64,000 nt of DNA from Neoconidiobolus thromboides FSU 785 (GCA_025603075.1 MU626321.1:1-64000), one strand, 5' to 3'. Positions 49,060 to 60,315 are shown, numbered from the stretch's first letter. The notes: a model not told the origin generated them from the sequence alone. Translations and numbers: made by a program.

Positions 49060-51771
49060 ATGAGCATCAACAAAAACTTAAATATTTCTAGGATGCGAGA
49101 ATCAAGTAGGCCCAAGAGGAGTTGTACACTAACAAAAGTACATTATGTTTCCCCACCAATGTCTCCAGCAAGGAACCCTAGGAGGAATAAAGTGATTAAG
49201 AAACCAAAGATGATTATTACTAAAAGATCAAATCTGGTTAGGGAAAGGTACTCCTTACGAAACCGGAAACAAAAAAATTATGCTGAAGAGTATCAGTCTG
49301 AGCTAGAAGAGGATTTTTCAGAAGAAATTGAGGAAGATTTACCCGCTGATAAGGAAGTTTTTGCGTCGAGTAGAACAAGATCTAAAAATGCATCTGGTAT
49401 AACAAGGTCACTAAGAAGTAATAGAAATTTGGATAATTTCGTTGATGACGATCTACAAATAATAAGTGTCAAGAAAGCTCCTTCAAGAACAAACAACTCT
49501 CACAATACCTCTCTAGAGTCAATCGAGACAAACAACGTAAAGGGCAATGAGCATGATGATAAAAGATACAGTTTAAGAGATAGGAAGAAGGTGACGTATA
49601 ATGAAACAGTGTTAATAAATGCGGTTCATTTAAGGCAAAAGCAGGTAATAAATAATCGTCAAAGAGATCGCCAACGTTCTAAAGCTAAGCAAAATAATCA
49701 TGGTTATTACACAAGGGGAAATAGAACCTCATTTAAAAAATACTTTTCTAGTAGTATGTCTAAGATCTACCAAACAAGGAATAGGAATAGGAATGGATAT
49801 AAATCTGAGTCAAAGGCGAGGTCCATGTATAATTTAAGAAATAGAAACGATGGTTCAATAAAATCCATTTATAATTTAAGAAAGAGAGACCAAAACTCAT
49901 TAAATAGGTTGCGTATTTATTCTACTAAAAACTTTACGGTGGATTTAAAAGCAAGTAAATTTGACCCCTTAAAAATTAAAAAATCCAATGCTAGTGAAGA
50001 AGCTGAACCTGAATCTAAAGAACTGCCCAAGAAGTTTACTTATCTTCCACTTAATTTACCAGAAATCATTTCAACACGTGCCCATCTTGACTTCCCAGCC
50101 GAACTAATGCCAGCCCAATCAAAGCTTGCTGCTCAAGGTCCTCAATATATTAGTGGTATTAGCAATCAATTACAAACCATTAAAGAGTCTATTTTGTTGC
50201 CTACACTCTATCCGGAGCTTAATAGAGCCTTTAGCCTTAAACAAAACAAAGGTATCTTATTTTATGGCTCTCCTGGAACCGGAAAGACACTTACAGCAAG
50301 GATGTTAGTTAACGAGTGTAGTCATATACAATCCCCAATAGCTTTCTTTCATTTCAGTGCCAGTGACATCTTATCAAAATGGGTTGGAAAATCAGAATCC
50401 AAAATTAAGCATTTGTTTGAGACTGCTTTGCTATGGCAGCCAAGTGTCATTTTTATTGATGAGATTGATGGACTGACTCCAATCCGTAACTCAACGGATC
50501 GACATGGAGCTTCTTTAGTTGGTACTCTTCTATCTCAGATGGATGGGCTGGCTGACATGGGAAAAGTAGTTGTTATCGGTGCTACAAATCGTGTTCATTC
50601 TATCGACCCAGCACTGCGTCGCTCTGGTCGATTTGAAGCTGAATTACATTTTTCTCCACCTAACTTTAATACAAGATTGGACATTATTACAAATACCACT
50701 ATTAGTTGGCCTTATCCGCCCACTTTATCTATGTTAAAAGATCTTTCTGCGCTCACTACAGGATTTTCTGGGGCCGATTTAGTGTCTTTATGTACTGGAG
50801 CAAGCCAAGCGGCATTGTACCGCCATTACCCAGAGATTGGACAAAGGGATGTACATTTCAATGTTGATTCAGATCAATTGGAAATCAAATGGGAAGATTT
50901 TATGGTTTCATTAAATAATATAAAAGCAACCTTGAATCACCAATTCGATGTTGAACCTAAGCCATTAGCAGAACCATTGTCATTGATATTTGATTCTAAA
51001 GTAACCAATTTACTAAATCGCATTAATTCTATGTATGGCCAAAAAATTGATGCACTTCCTATTCATAAAGTCAGTCTTTTTCTCTTAAAAGGTGATTGTC
51101 CCATTGCTATTCATCATATCTTAGCTTCTATTTTATATCAATTGGATGATGTTCAAGTGTTCAATTTTGCGTTAAATAATATGCCAGGTTTGGATGACGG
51201 TAGTGACCTTAAAGCGTTACAATCATTGTTGAGAAATATGGTTAAGCAAGATAAAAGAAGCTTGCTAATTATAAAAAATATAGATAATTTATTAAGCAGC
51301 TGTAGTGAAGAAGTTATCCTTCATTTGAAGCAGTTTTTACAAGAACCTAAGAGAAATCAACAAATCAGTTTTTTGTTTTGTGCCACACAAATTACCCAAG
51401 ATATTGAATATATACTCGATAATCTGGATGTTAATTTATTAAATGTTGAAGCGCCTAGTCATGAGGAAATGAACCTTTTAGTCCAGAAATATGGTGAAGT
51501 CGTTCAACAAGTGATATCAAACTTTGAGCTTGAGAATGCTTCTGAAAACAGTTCTATTGAAATTGAAGTTGAGATGGAGGAATATGATAAAAATCCCCGC
51601 CCACCTCTGCTCAAATGGGATGATTTATTAAATATGAATTATCAATCTAAATCAGATAGTCCGGAACCTAATGAGACGATGAATGATCTAGCCAACTTAA
51701 TCTTCCCAAAGTCCCCAACCATTACTCCAAACTTTGAGACTTTTCCCTCTGATTTACAATGGCACTATTAG
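49060..51771 (+). CDS. Yta7/ATAD2-like AAA+ ATPase, intronless, lacking recognisable bromodomain, 903 aa
   Basis: LPTLYPE, GILFYGSPGTGKT, KWVG pore loop, IFIDEIDGLTP, LLSQMDGL and IDPALRRSGRF; degenerate second AAA module. Confidence 0.85.
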   Translation: MSINKNLNISRMRESSRPKRSCTLTKVHYVSPPMSPARNPRRNKVIKKPKMIITKRSNLVRERYSLRNRKQKNYAEEYQSELEEDFSEEIEEDLPADKEVFASSRTRSKNASGITRSLRSNRNLDNFVDDDLQIISVKKAPSRTNNSHNTSLESIETNNVKGNEHDDKRYSLRDRKKVTYNETVLINAVHLRQKQVINNRQRDRQRSKAKQNNHGYYTRGNRTSFKKYFSSSMSKIYQTRNRNRNGYKSESKARSMYNLRNRNDGSIKSIYNLRKRDQNSLNRLRIYSTKNFTVDLKASKFDPLKIKKSNASEEAEPESKELPKKFTYLPLNLPEIISTRAHLDFPAELMPAQSKLAAQGPQYISGISNQLQTIKESILLPTLYPELNRAFSLKQNKGILFYGSPGTGKTLTARMLVNECSHIQSPIAFFHFSASDILSKWVGKSESKIKHLFETALLWQPSVIFIDEIDGLTPIRNSTDRHGASLVGTLLSQMDGLADMGKVVVIGATNRVHSIDPALRRSGRFEAELHFSPPNFNTRLDIITNTTISWPYPPTLSMLKDLSALTTGFSGADLVSLCTGASQAALYRHYPEIGQRDVHFNVDSDQLEIKWEDFMVSLNNIKATLNHQFDVEPKPLAEPLSLIFDSKVTNLLNRINSMYGQKIDALPIHKVSLFLLKGDCPIAIHHILASILYQLDDVQVFNFALNNMPGLDDGSDLKALQSLLRNMVKQDKRSLLIIKNIDNLLSSCSEEVILHLKQFLQEPKRNQQISFLFCATQITQDIEYILDNLDVNLLNVEAPSHEEMNLLVQKYGEVVQQVISNFELENASENSSIEIEVEMEEYDKNPRPPLLKWDDLLNMNYQSKSDSPEPNETMNDLANLIFPKSPTITPNFETFPSDLQWHY

Positions 51772-52165
51772 ATATAGCATTAAATTATTAAGCGTTTGAA
51801 ATAAAAACTTATTCCTTGTATGCTTTTTTTGTAATTTACTTTATTAGGTAAGTTATACTTATCAGCATGGAATTAGTTAGTGGAAATCGGCTAAAATTGA
51901 ATTTAATAACATTTTGCTGAATTAAAATTAAAGTGTTTTACCTTTTTGAAAGGATTAAAGAGAGTTGTAAATAGAGACAAAAATTAGCTATTTTATCGTT
52001 AAACAGTTTTCAATGTATTATAAAAGTTTTTAATTTGGTTACTATAGAGTAAAATAAAGTTCCAAGTTGTCTATATAAAATAGCTAATGGATTTGGTAAA
52101 TAAAATGAAAAAGCTCAATATAAATCAAATCTGTTTGAATTAAATGATTTCCTTAAAGAATCCCA

Positions 52166-52263
52166 ATTTGGAGTGTTTTTTGGCTTTTGCTTTTTCCATT
52201 TTTTAAACATTATTTAGTGGAAAAATTGTTAGTAAAATTCTTACACAAAATACATTTCCAATT
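52166..52263 (-). mobile_element. mini-TIR element, copy 14 (degraded)
   Basis: TTTGGAGTG...TTTTTCCATTTTTTAAACATTATTTAGTGGAAAAATTGTTAGTAAAATTCTTAC...TACATTTCCAAT. Confidence 0.7.
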
Positions 52264-52327
52264 ACTGATTGGGAAACAAAGAATATCTTATTAAAATGTC
52301 ACACCTTAAAAAATATCAGTCTAAAAT

Positions 52328-52430
52328 ATATAGGGATGTGTTTTTTTGTTTAGGAATTTTACTACAATCTTTCCACTCAGATAGCGCTTAAAAAATGAAA
52401 AAATAATGAAACTAAAAAACAGCCCCATAT
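52328..52430 (+). mobile_element. mini-TIR element, copy 15
   Basis: ATATAGGGATGT...CCACTCAGATAGCGCTTAAAAAATGAAAAAATAATGAAAC...AGCCCCATAT. Confidence 0.85.
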
Positions 52431-54018
52431 AGTATTTTTTTATTTTAACATGAAGGAACTGGCATTTGAGGTAATTTAGCAGATGTTACTATTTTTTGCT
52501 AGATAATTTATTTGATTTTAATTTTTTAATTTTTGATTTCTTATCTTATATAAAAAAACTTTATTTATAAAACAAAGATTTATTTTGAAAACATAGGGGC
52601 TACTATTTGACACCATTAATTAGTTTATTAAAGAGTTTGTTTTATGACTAAGATCATATCTGTTATAAGGCTAGGGATATAAGAACAAACATTTGACAAT
52701 ATGAGAATGCCCTTTTATTGCTATTTGTCCATAAAAATGGTCATAGTATTAAATAGTTAGTAACCATATGCTGAAACAAAAAGATACTTCTGTTTAATTA
52801 AAAAGACTTTTAATCATATGATTAAACTGTCTCAATTTATAAATAAATGTTAAGCTTTGAGCTCATAGCATTTTTTATTTTGATAATTAGATACAAAGCC
52901 CATTTGTTATTTAATTGATTCTGAAGTTTGTTTTTTCCTTAAAGCTTTTTATTTACTTTGACTAACTTAAAAGTCGAAAATCCTGGTTAGATTTTTAAAC
53001 AGATGAATATATTATATTTTTTTTATTAAATAAATTAAATTAACAATGATAGTCCTAGCCTACCCTAGCCCTTAATATTATATTTAAACATTCGCGGCCG
53101 AAATGATCTTGTATTGTGAATCAAAACAATCTAAACCTTCTTTAACTTGATAAGTAGTCTGGGTAAAAAACAGGCTTTTTATCAAACTAATCAACAAAAC
53201 CATGATATTACAACTATTAAAACTCAATTATGTACTACATAGCTGATTATTTAAGCTCAAAAATTAAGCCAAAGCTGGCTGAAACTCAACTGACAATTTA
53301 ACTTAAAGAGTCTTTTGTCATATTTTGTAAAGACACAGCTAATAAATTGGCTTACTGCTTTTTTTACAAATCCTCTACGATAATTTTAACTAGTAAGTTG
53401 CTTTACACTACCAAATCTAGCGGTAATGAGTAGTTTACCACTAGATTAAAAGGATTGGTCAAATTTGATCAATAGAAATTAAAACTTTGACCTTAACCCT
53501 GATCATTAAAATATAACTTATTTATTTGATAACTTTCAGCCAATCATTTCTACTGTTGGCAAATCATCTTGTCAACTTAACTTGAAAATCAAAAATTCTC
53601 AAAAGCTAGTTTTATTTAAGTTATACAACTAACGTTCTTTATTTTGAAATGTTTTTGATAGATAGATTTTGATATTATCAATACAAAGAAAGGGTGCCAG
53701 GAAAATAACAATCAAAGCTATAATGCACTAGACTATATTTATCTATAAATAACCTTACTTTTAATGTTATAAATTTCGGTGCAAAATAGTGGATTTTTCA
53801 TTTAGCAAATTTTAGAAAAAGCTAGCTAAGCAAACAACAATTACAAAAAAGCTCGCGGATAAATGCACAATTGAAGTTTAACAGTAGTATAAAACCAAAA
53901 TTGGTCAAAGCATGAACTTGATGATAGGCTACAACCTTATAATTTAAAAAATCAGTCAAACTCAAAAAAAATTCTATTTTTTAACAAATTTATTTAATAA
54001 TCTAAAACAAACGCGGGA

Positions 54019-55436
54019 ATGGAGAAAGAAGGTAGTGTAGAGATTAAAGAAATTGATGGAAAACTGAGTAGAAGGGCTTTGAAATATAAGGCTAGAAACG
54101 GTGGAGAATACTCACAGAGAAGTAAGAGTTGGGTGATTATAGTTGAACATTTTAACTAATGCTTTGGTAGAGCATAAAAGTAAAGAGGAACTTGAGGCAG
54201 GTATTGAACGAGCTAGACAGATGGGAGGTATTGTAGAGTATCAATTGCCAACCGGAAAGCTGCAATTTATATTGGGTAATTGCAGCCTTTAAAAGTAGAA
54301 TTTAAGATTAACTTTTCTATAAACATGTTAGGTAAACAAAGTGCTAATTTAAAGGCTATCAAAAAAGCAACAAATGTCAAAATTGATTTGGATGAATCAA
54401 GGGCCCTCAAGTCAACAAGTGAATTTTGCATAGCAGGTTTGTTTAATATTATAACTAGTGAGTTTTCATAATTCATTTTTAATCCAGAAATTTCTGGTTC
54501 ACCATACCAAGTCAAATTGGCTGTGGCCATGTTAGATCATTGTGTAAAAAAGGTAAAATTATTTAGTGGCAATGAAATTATAAAATAATCAACTATACTA
54601 GTAGACTTTGGAATACAACCAAAGTTATACCCACTTTATTTCAATACCAATCATTGATAGTGGGCTTGAGCTTAAGTTTAAACAAATCATTGACGAGATT
54701 AACGAAATGAACTTACCTGATATTAGAGCAAAATATTTGACAGATCATCGAAGACTTCACATTAGCTTAGGGAACTTAAAATTACCAAGGGAAAAGCATA
54801 TAACTGAAGCCGAAAAGTTATTATTATCATTAAAACCAGAGTTAAATAACATTATTGGGTTTTTAGGTTTAAATGTTGAGTTTAAGGGGATTGGTACCTA
54901 TCCCGAAAATGAACCCGGTAAGACATTATTTTTTGACAGTAGTTAAGTTAATCTTTTTTAATTTTTATTAGAAAAAGCTAAATATGTTTATGTTAAAGTG
55001 GATTATGACTCCAATGAAAATTTAGGTAAAAAGTTTAAAGATGCCACAGGTAATTGTTAAGTCATTAATTATTATATATATTAAATTGGATAATTAGACT
55101 TAATAAGAGAAAGATTTTATCAAGCTGGGCTTTCGCTTGACTGTGATTTAATATTTAATGTAAGTGCTTAAATTTATATTTCTGTTAATTTAAAAGCTTA
55201 TTGCTTTCATTTAGGAATATGTCATCATAATAAAACACCAATCTGAGAACTACCACGGTCATGATTTAGCACAGGATGGCAAGTATTACAGCACCTTCAA
55301 TGCTCTACCCATATTAGAGAGATTTTCAGATATTAAATTAGGCAATTTTAAAATCCCTTTGATTCAGGTGTGTATAAGAGACACGTTTAGAGCTAATGGT
55401 AGGTATGGTAGTATCGCAGAGTTGAACCTTTCTTAA
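54019..55436 (+). CDS. ASCC1-like protein, paralog B (KH domain plus 2H phosphoesterase fold), multi-exon
   Basis: Spliced product MEKEGSVEIKEIDGKLSRR...FILGKQSANLKAIKKATNVKID (KH)...EISGSPYQVKLAVAML...THFISIP...LHISLG...FNALPILERFSDIKLG...NGRY. GT-AG introns keep the frame. Confidence 0.82.
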
Positions 55437-56476
55437 CTTTTTTTTACCTTTTTTTATTTGTTAATTCTGTTCATCGGATTTATTCATCCGTTTTTCAGCT
55501 GCATGTTGATTAATGTGTCAATAGCAGTGTACCTACCTTTAACCTTTCTTTTAATAGGCTTAACTTGACCTAGTTAGTTTTAGCTTAATAAATATTGAAT
55601 ATCATAACATTTGAAGTTTTGATTAGCTTTTAGTCAAATTTTGATTTTAAATTACTAAATATTTTGTTTATCAAGACAAATATAGAGATCAAAATCAAGT
55701 CGATATATAGGCATGGATTATCAACTGATAAAGTTTACATGGTTTATTTATCGACAGGCTGTTATTAATAAAGACTACCCTATACAAGTTAAGCATATTG
55801 TAAGTTAAGTACATATTTACTTATCTATTAAGAACTAATAAACTGTAAATATTAGCATTTTAAGAAACAAGATATTAAAGTAATTCAAATGCTTAATTTA
55901 ATATCATTTCGATATTATATAATGTAAAATCAAATAGCTTATGAATCAATATTATTTTAGATAATACTCTCTTTGATAGAGTAATTTTTTATTTGTAAAT
56001 GATTGTTTAAAACTATCTAGAACTATCAAAAAGCTCAAGGAATAAAAAACCATGATTAAACTATTTGTCTAAAAAATTCGATTGCTCAAAAAGAATTTTC
56101 CAACGAATCAAGCTTAAGTATTTTAAATAAATTCATTCCCAATTTAGGGATGTATACATTCTTTATAAAATATTTTTATCATACGATCTGATAGCCCTAA
56201 CCAAAAAAAAAATATATATAAACAAAAAACATTGACTATTAATCAGCTTTTAACAATAATATCAATAGAGTGTATATTGTAGATAGCTAAGTTGTACTAA
56301 TTTTCAAGTTTTTGTTGAATACTTAAGATTTTTTTGATAGAGCCATATATAAAAAGTGCTTAACGATTTCTATATATGAAAATAGTAAATTTAAGAATAA
56401 AATATTCCTTTTAAAATCAGTTAAAAACAAAATAAACAAACAATTTTATTTTCCACATTTAATACAAACCCTAAAA

Positions 56477-57955
56477 ATGGATGGCCGCACAATGTTTGAA
56501 GATTTTGAGATAAAAAAATCTTCAAAAACAAAAGTAACTACACGTTTGGATCATTTAACATGGAGTCGTTGGCACACCAAACTCGTTATAGTTTTAGGCA
56601 TAGGGTGGGCATTTGATGCTTTTGAAATCACGATTATCACTGCCATTTTACCAATCATCAAGCGCTACTTCGATGTAACTTCAGAACAAACTTCTTTAAT
56701 TACCACCTTATGGCTTGTTGGTGCCATTGTTGGAAGTTTGGGATTTGGTTTGATTGCTGATCGATATGGAAGAAAGTTTACCTTCGTCATTACCATGCTT
56801 TTATATTCTTCTATGACCCTTATCACTTGTTTCTCGCCCACTTTTGAGTTTCTGTTAGCATTCCGCTTCTTGACCGCTATCGGTGTAGGTGCTGAATATA
56901 CTGCCATTAATGCAACGATTGTAGAATTTATACCTTATAGATATAGAGGCAGAGCTAATGCTGCTGTGATGGGTTTTTGGTGTTTGGGAGCCTTGATCGC
57001 ACATGGTCTTCAAGTGCCAATTATTAGGTATTTGAATGATTTTTGGGCCTGGAGAGTAGGCTTTTTGATTGGTGCTTGTGCCTCCTTTTTTATTATATTT
57101 ATACGTCGGTTTCTGTTAGAGTCCCCAAGATGGCTGCTATCGCAAGGACAATTTACAAAAGCAGAAGAGATCACTATGAGAATCGAAGAGTTATGCCAGC
57201 AGCAAGACAATTTAATTAACAGTGGCCCAGAAGCAGAAATCATTTTTTATGCTCATCCAAAAAATTCGTTTTTTAGAATTCTAAAGAACTTATTTTTAAA
57301 TTATCCATTTACTGTCTTTTTTGCTGCTATACTCAACGCGTCTCAAGCTTTTGCTGATTATGGTGTCAGTAATTTATTATCGCTCCAAATCTTAGAAGAT
57401 GTGGGTATAACAGGATCTGATAATGCCCTATTTTTCTTATATGGGGTCATATGTACAGTACCAAGCTATATTTATGTAGTCCTTATGATCGATCGAGTAG
57501 GAAGAAAGCCATTGTTAATTTTTCATTTTATTATATGTATTATTGCTGTTGCCTGCTTTATACCCGCAGTTAATAATTCAGATCCAAAAGCAGCCTTAAT
57601 TGGAATCCATTGCTTTTATCAGTTTACTTATAGTGCAGTTATGGCAACGATTTATACAACTATTTCAGAAGCTTTTCCAACTCATCTAAGGGCGACAGGA
57701 ATTGGGTTTTCAGTTGCTATTGGTCGTGTGATCGCTGCTATTGCTCCAAGAATTTTACTGGCCATTTATGAAAATAATACATTAAATTTGGTTATCCCAT
57801 GTGTGGTTATTATATGCTTCTTATCTTCTGGTTTGTTAGTGTCCCTTCTTTGGATGTGGTTTGGTATTGAAGGTAAAAATACGAGGTTAGAGGATATGGG
57901 CTATAAAACTGAAGTGACTACTTACCAAGGTATAGCGCTAGAAACATTATCTTGA
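56477..57955 (+). CDS. MFS transporter (sugar/organic-ion-like, bacterial-type N-terminus), intronless, 492 aa
   Basis: GLIADRYGRK motif A, RFLTAIGVGAEY, ESPRWL, IDRVGRKP, EAFPTHLRATG; about 12 hydrophobic segments. Confidence 0.9.
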   Translation: MDGRTMFEDFEIKKSSKTKVTTRLDHLTWSRWHTKLVIVLGIGWAFDAFEITIITAILPIIKRYFDVTSEQTSLITTLWLVGAIVGSLGFGLIADRYGRKFTFVITMLLYSSMTLITCFSPTFEFLLAFRFLTAIGVGAEYTAINATIVEFIPYRYRGRANAAVMGFWCLGALIAHGLQVPIIRYLNDFWAWRVGFLIGACASFFIIFIRRFLLESPRWLLSQGQFTKAEEITMRIEELCQQQDNLINSGPEAEIIFYAHPKNSFFRILKNLFLNYPFTVFFAAILNASQAFADYGVSNLLSLQILEDVGITGSDNALFFLYGVICTVPSYIYVVLMIDRVGRKPLLIFHFIICIIAVACFIPAVNNSDPKAALIGIHCFYQFTYSAVMATIYTTISEAFPTHLRATGIGFSVAIGRVIAAIAPRILLAIYENNTLNLVIPCVVIICFLSSGLLVSLLWMWFGIEGKNTRLEDMGYKTEVTTYQGIALETLS

Positions 57956-58155
57956 GATAGATCACTTTGATTGAAGAGCCTCTAATTTTATTTATGATTT
58001 CTAATATGAGCTATTATTCCCTGAATTTTAATAATTAAATATATTTATTAAGTAGAAATAAATAGTTGTTTTAATTAAGCAAACGTCTTTAAAGTTTGTA
58101 TTTTATTGTTTTGGAAATAGAAATACAGTGTAAAGCCAACAGTCATTTATCATCT

Positions 58156-58488
58156 CTATTTATCTAAGAAAGTAAGATCTAAGGTTTTACCATCTCGGCC
58201 ACCATCACCTTCAAATAATCTTTTAACTCTTTTGCACTCACTATCTAAAATTTCGATGTCTACTGAAAATCTACCAAGGCATTCTCCAAAATCTTTAGCA
58301 ACACACTCCCATCCATTTTCACGTTTAGTCCAACATGGTGGACATCCAGTTCCTCTACAGCGTGGCCTTTGACCTCTATAATCTTCTTTGTTAATTACTA
58401 TACAATTATCTTCGTCTGGTCTAGGGCATTGGAACTCTTTCCCAAATGCTAAAGTCAATAAACAAGCTATGATAAGACTACGGTTCAT
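58156..58488 (-). CDS. Small secreted cysteine-rich protein, 110 aa
   Basis: Signal-peptide-like MNRSLIIACLLTLAFG; 8 Cys in the mature part; single exon. Confidence 0.75.
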   Translation of the reverse strand: MNRSLIIACLLTLAFGKEFQCPRPDEDNCIVINKEDYRGQRPRCRGTGCPPCWTKRENGWECVAKDFGECLGRFSVDIEILDSECKRVKRLFEGDGGRDGKTLDLTFLDK

Positions 58489-58676
58489 TTTTGGTTTAAT
58501 TTTTTAACTGAGTGTTATTTTTAAAGTCATTATATATCCTACACCTATCGATCTTCTTATTGACCTTAGGCTTAGTTTGATTTGGATTATCAAGTTTTTA
58601 TTATCATTTTAATTTTGTTGCTTATTTCATTAAAATAGTTGATCAGGATAATAGTATACTAAGTAAAATAATAACA

Positions 58677-58771
58677 ATATAGGGATATTTTTTTTGGTTT
58701 CATTACTTTTTCCATTTTTTAAGCGTCATTTGAGCGGAAAAATTGTTAGATAAAAAAATACATCCCCATAT
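58677..58771 (-). mobile_element. mini-TIR element, copy 16 (internal deletion)
   Basis: ATATAGGGATAT...AAGCGTCATTTGAGCGGAAAAATTGTTAG then directly ATAAAAAAATACATCCCCATAT. Confidence 0.8.
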
Positions 58772-59316
58772 TAAAAATTTTAGCAATGGTGTTGGAATAA
58801 CTTTTCAAAAAATATTGACATTGAGTATTATATTTAATGTTATAAATTGAGACGAATTATATCATCAAATAATTTGATATTGTTTGTAAATAATATTAAT
58901 TTAACATTACTTTTTAAATATTAAATATTAGAGTTATATTAAGTTGTTATAACAGTACACTAATGTACTTGGAAACTAACTTTTGACCTTATTGATAAGC
59001 CTATTTGATTTAAATGATTCTTTAATTAAAGATTTGTATTATCGATATTATATTATAAAATTGCTAACATTAAAATTATTATTGTTAAAATCTTAGTCAA
59101 ACTGAAATTTGAAAATCGGGTACTAAAATTATAAACTCAAAACATGGTCATCAGCTAGAACAAATCAATGAGAAATAGAGATAAAAAACTAAATGAAAAA
59201 TTGACTTAAAAAGAAGCCTTCGAAAATAGATCAACAGGCAATAATGTAAAGTAAGAAGTATATAAATAAAATAAAATAAAATAAAATAAAATAACCTTTA
59301 TCAAATAATATAAAAA

Positions 59317-59728
59317 ATGTTTAAAAAAATCTATGTAATAGCCTTATTAGCTCCCTTAGTTTACGGAGCAAGTTTAGGTAATTTTCTTAAAATTTTGATA
59401 AAATAACAAACTAAACCATAAATTAGAAAGACGAAGTGAGGTTCTCACCATTCCAGAAACAAGAGCATCAAAGATTTGTGTAAACCTTGATCGTGACGTT
59501 AGAGTAATTAATTTACCACGTGGTTATAGAGCCAAGGTATATAACGAAAGAGATTGTTATGGGCGTGTTTTGCTTCAAAGTAGCGAAAGAAGAATCACTG
59601 ATATTCCAAGAAGCGCAGAGTCAGTTTATGCGTACAGAGATAATGATGATATCGTCATTAATCTTTCGGATTTTAGTGATAGTCGTGGAAGAAGTTCCTC
59701 TTTTTCAGATAATTTAGTCGATTTTTAA
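59317..59728 (+). CDS. Small secreted protein, beta/gamma-crystallin-like motif, 2 exons (59317-59377, 59427-59728), 120 aa; not in ORF track
   Basis: Spliced: MFKKIYVIALLAPLVYGASL-ERR-SEVLTIPETRASKICVNLDRDVRVINLPRGYRAKVYNERDCYGRVLLQSSERRITDIPRSAESVYAYRD...VDF*. The 49-nt GTAATT...TTAG intron keeps the frame. Confidence 0.8.
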
Positions 59729-60315
59729 ATTTGAAATTGATGATTTTTGTAATGTATATTAAATTTTGAAAATAAACTATTAAATTAATAATACCTTATT
59801 TTAATTTTAATCTCAGCATATTAAATGTCTTAATTTTAGACACATGGGATTAGATAATTTTCTAATGATGTAGGTTGGTATTATACTTGAGTCTAGATAA
59901 TGAAATTTGTTATCAAAAGGTTCTTTGAGCCTCATTTGCATCCAATGACTTTTTGATAGTATATAAAGATTTATTTATTTATCTGAACCTTTCCTTTTTT
60001 AAAATTTTGCGCAGGCTTGCTAATAGTCTTTGAGCCATAAGGTGTATTTGAAATGCTATGAGAGATCATTTTAACGGCGACACCCATCTAGGAAGGATTT
60101 TTACAAAGTATATGTATCTTATAAAAATATTAGCAAACCAAGAAAAGGGCAAAAAACATAAAATATAGCTTAAAATCTAATTTAAGTACTATAAAATAAC
60201 AATATTATAAATAAGCAAATGATACAAGGCTTAATGGGTTTTATAAAGCTACTTAAGCAGCCATAGTTGCAAAAAGAAAGGAGATAATTTAAAGTAGTAC
60301 AACAAATAGTTTATG

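Noticed and set aside
53040-53700. Remnant of Gypsy integrase, methyltransferase or adenylation domain
   Set aside because: Different frames suggest different families equally weakly, so it is not assignable without a search.
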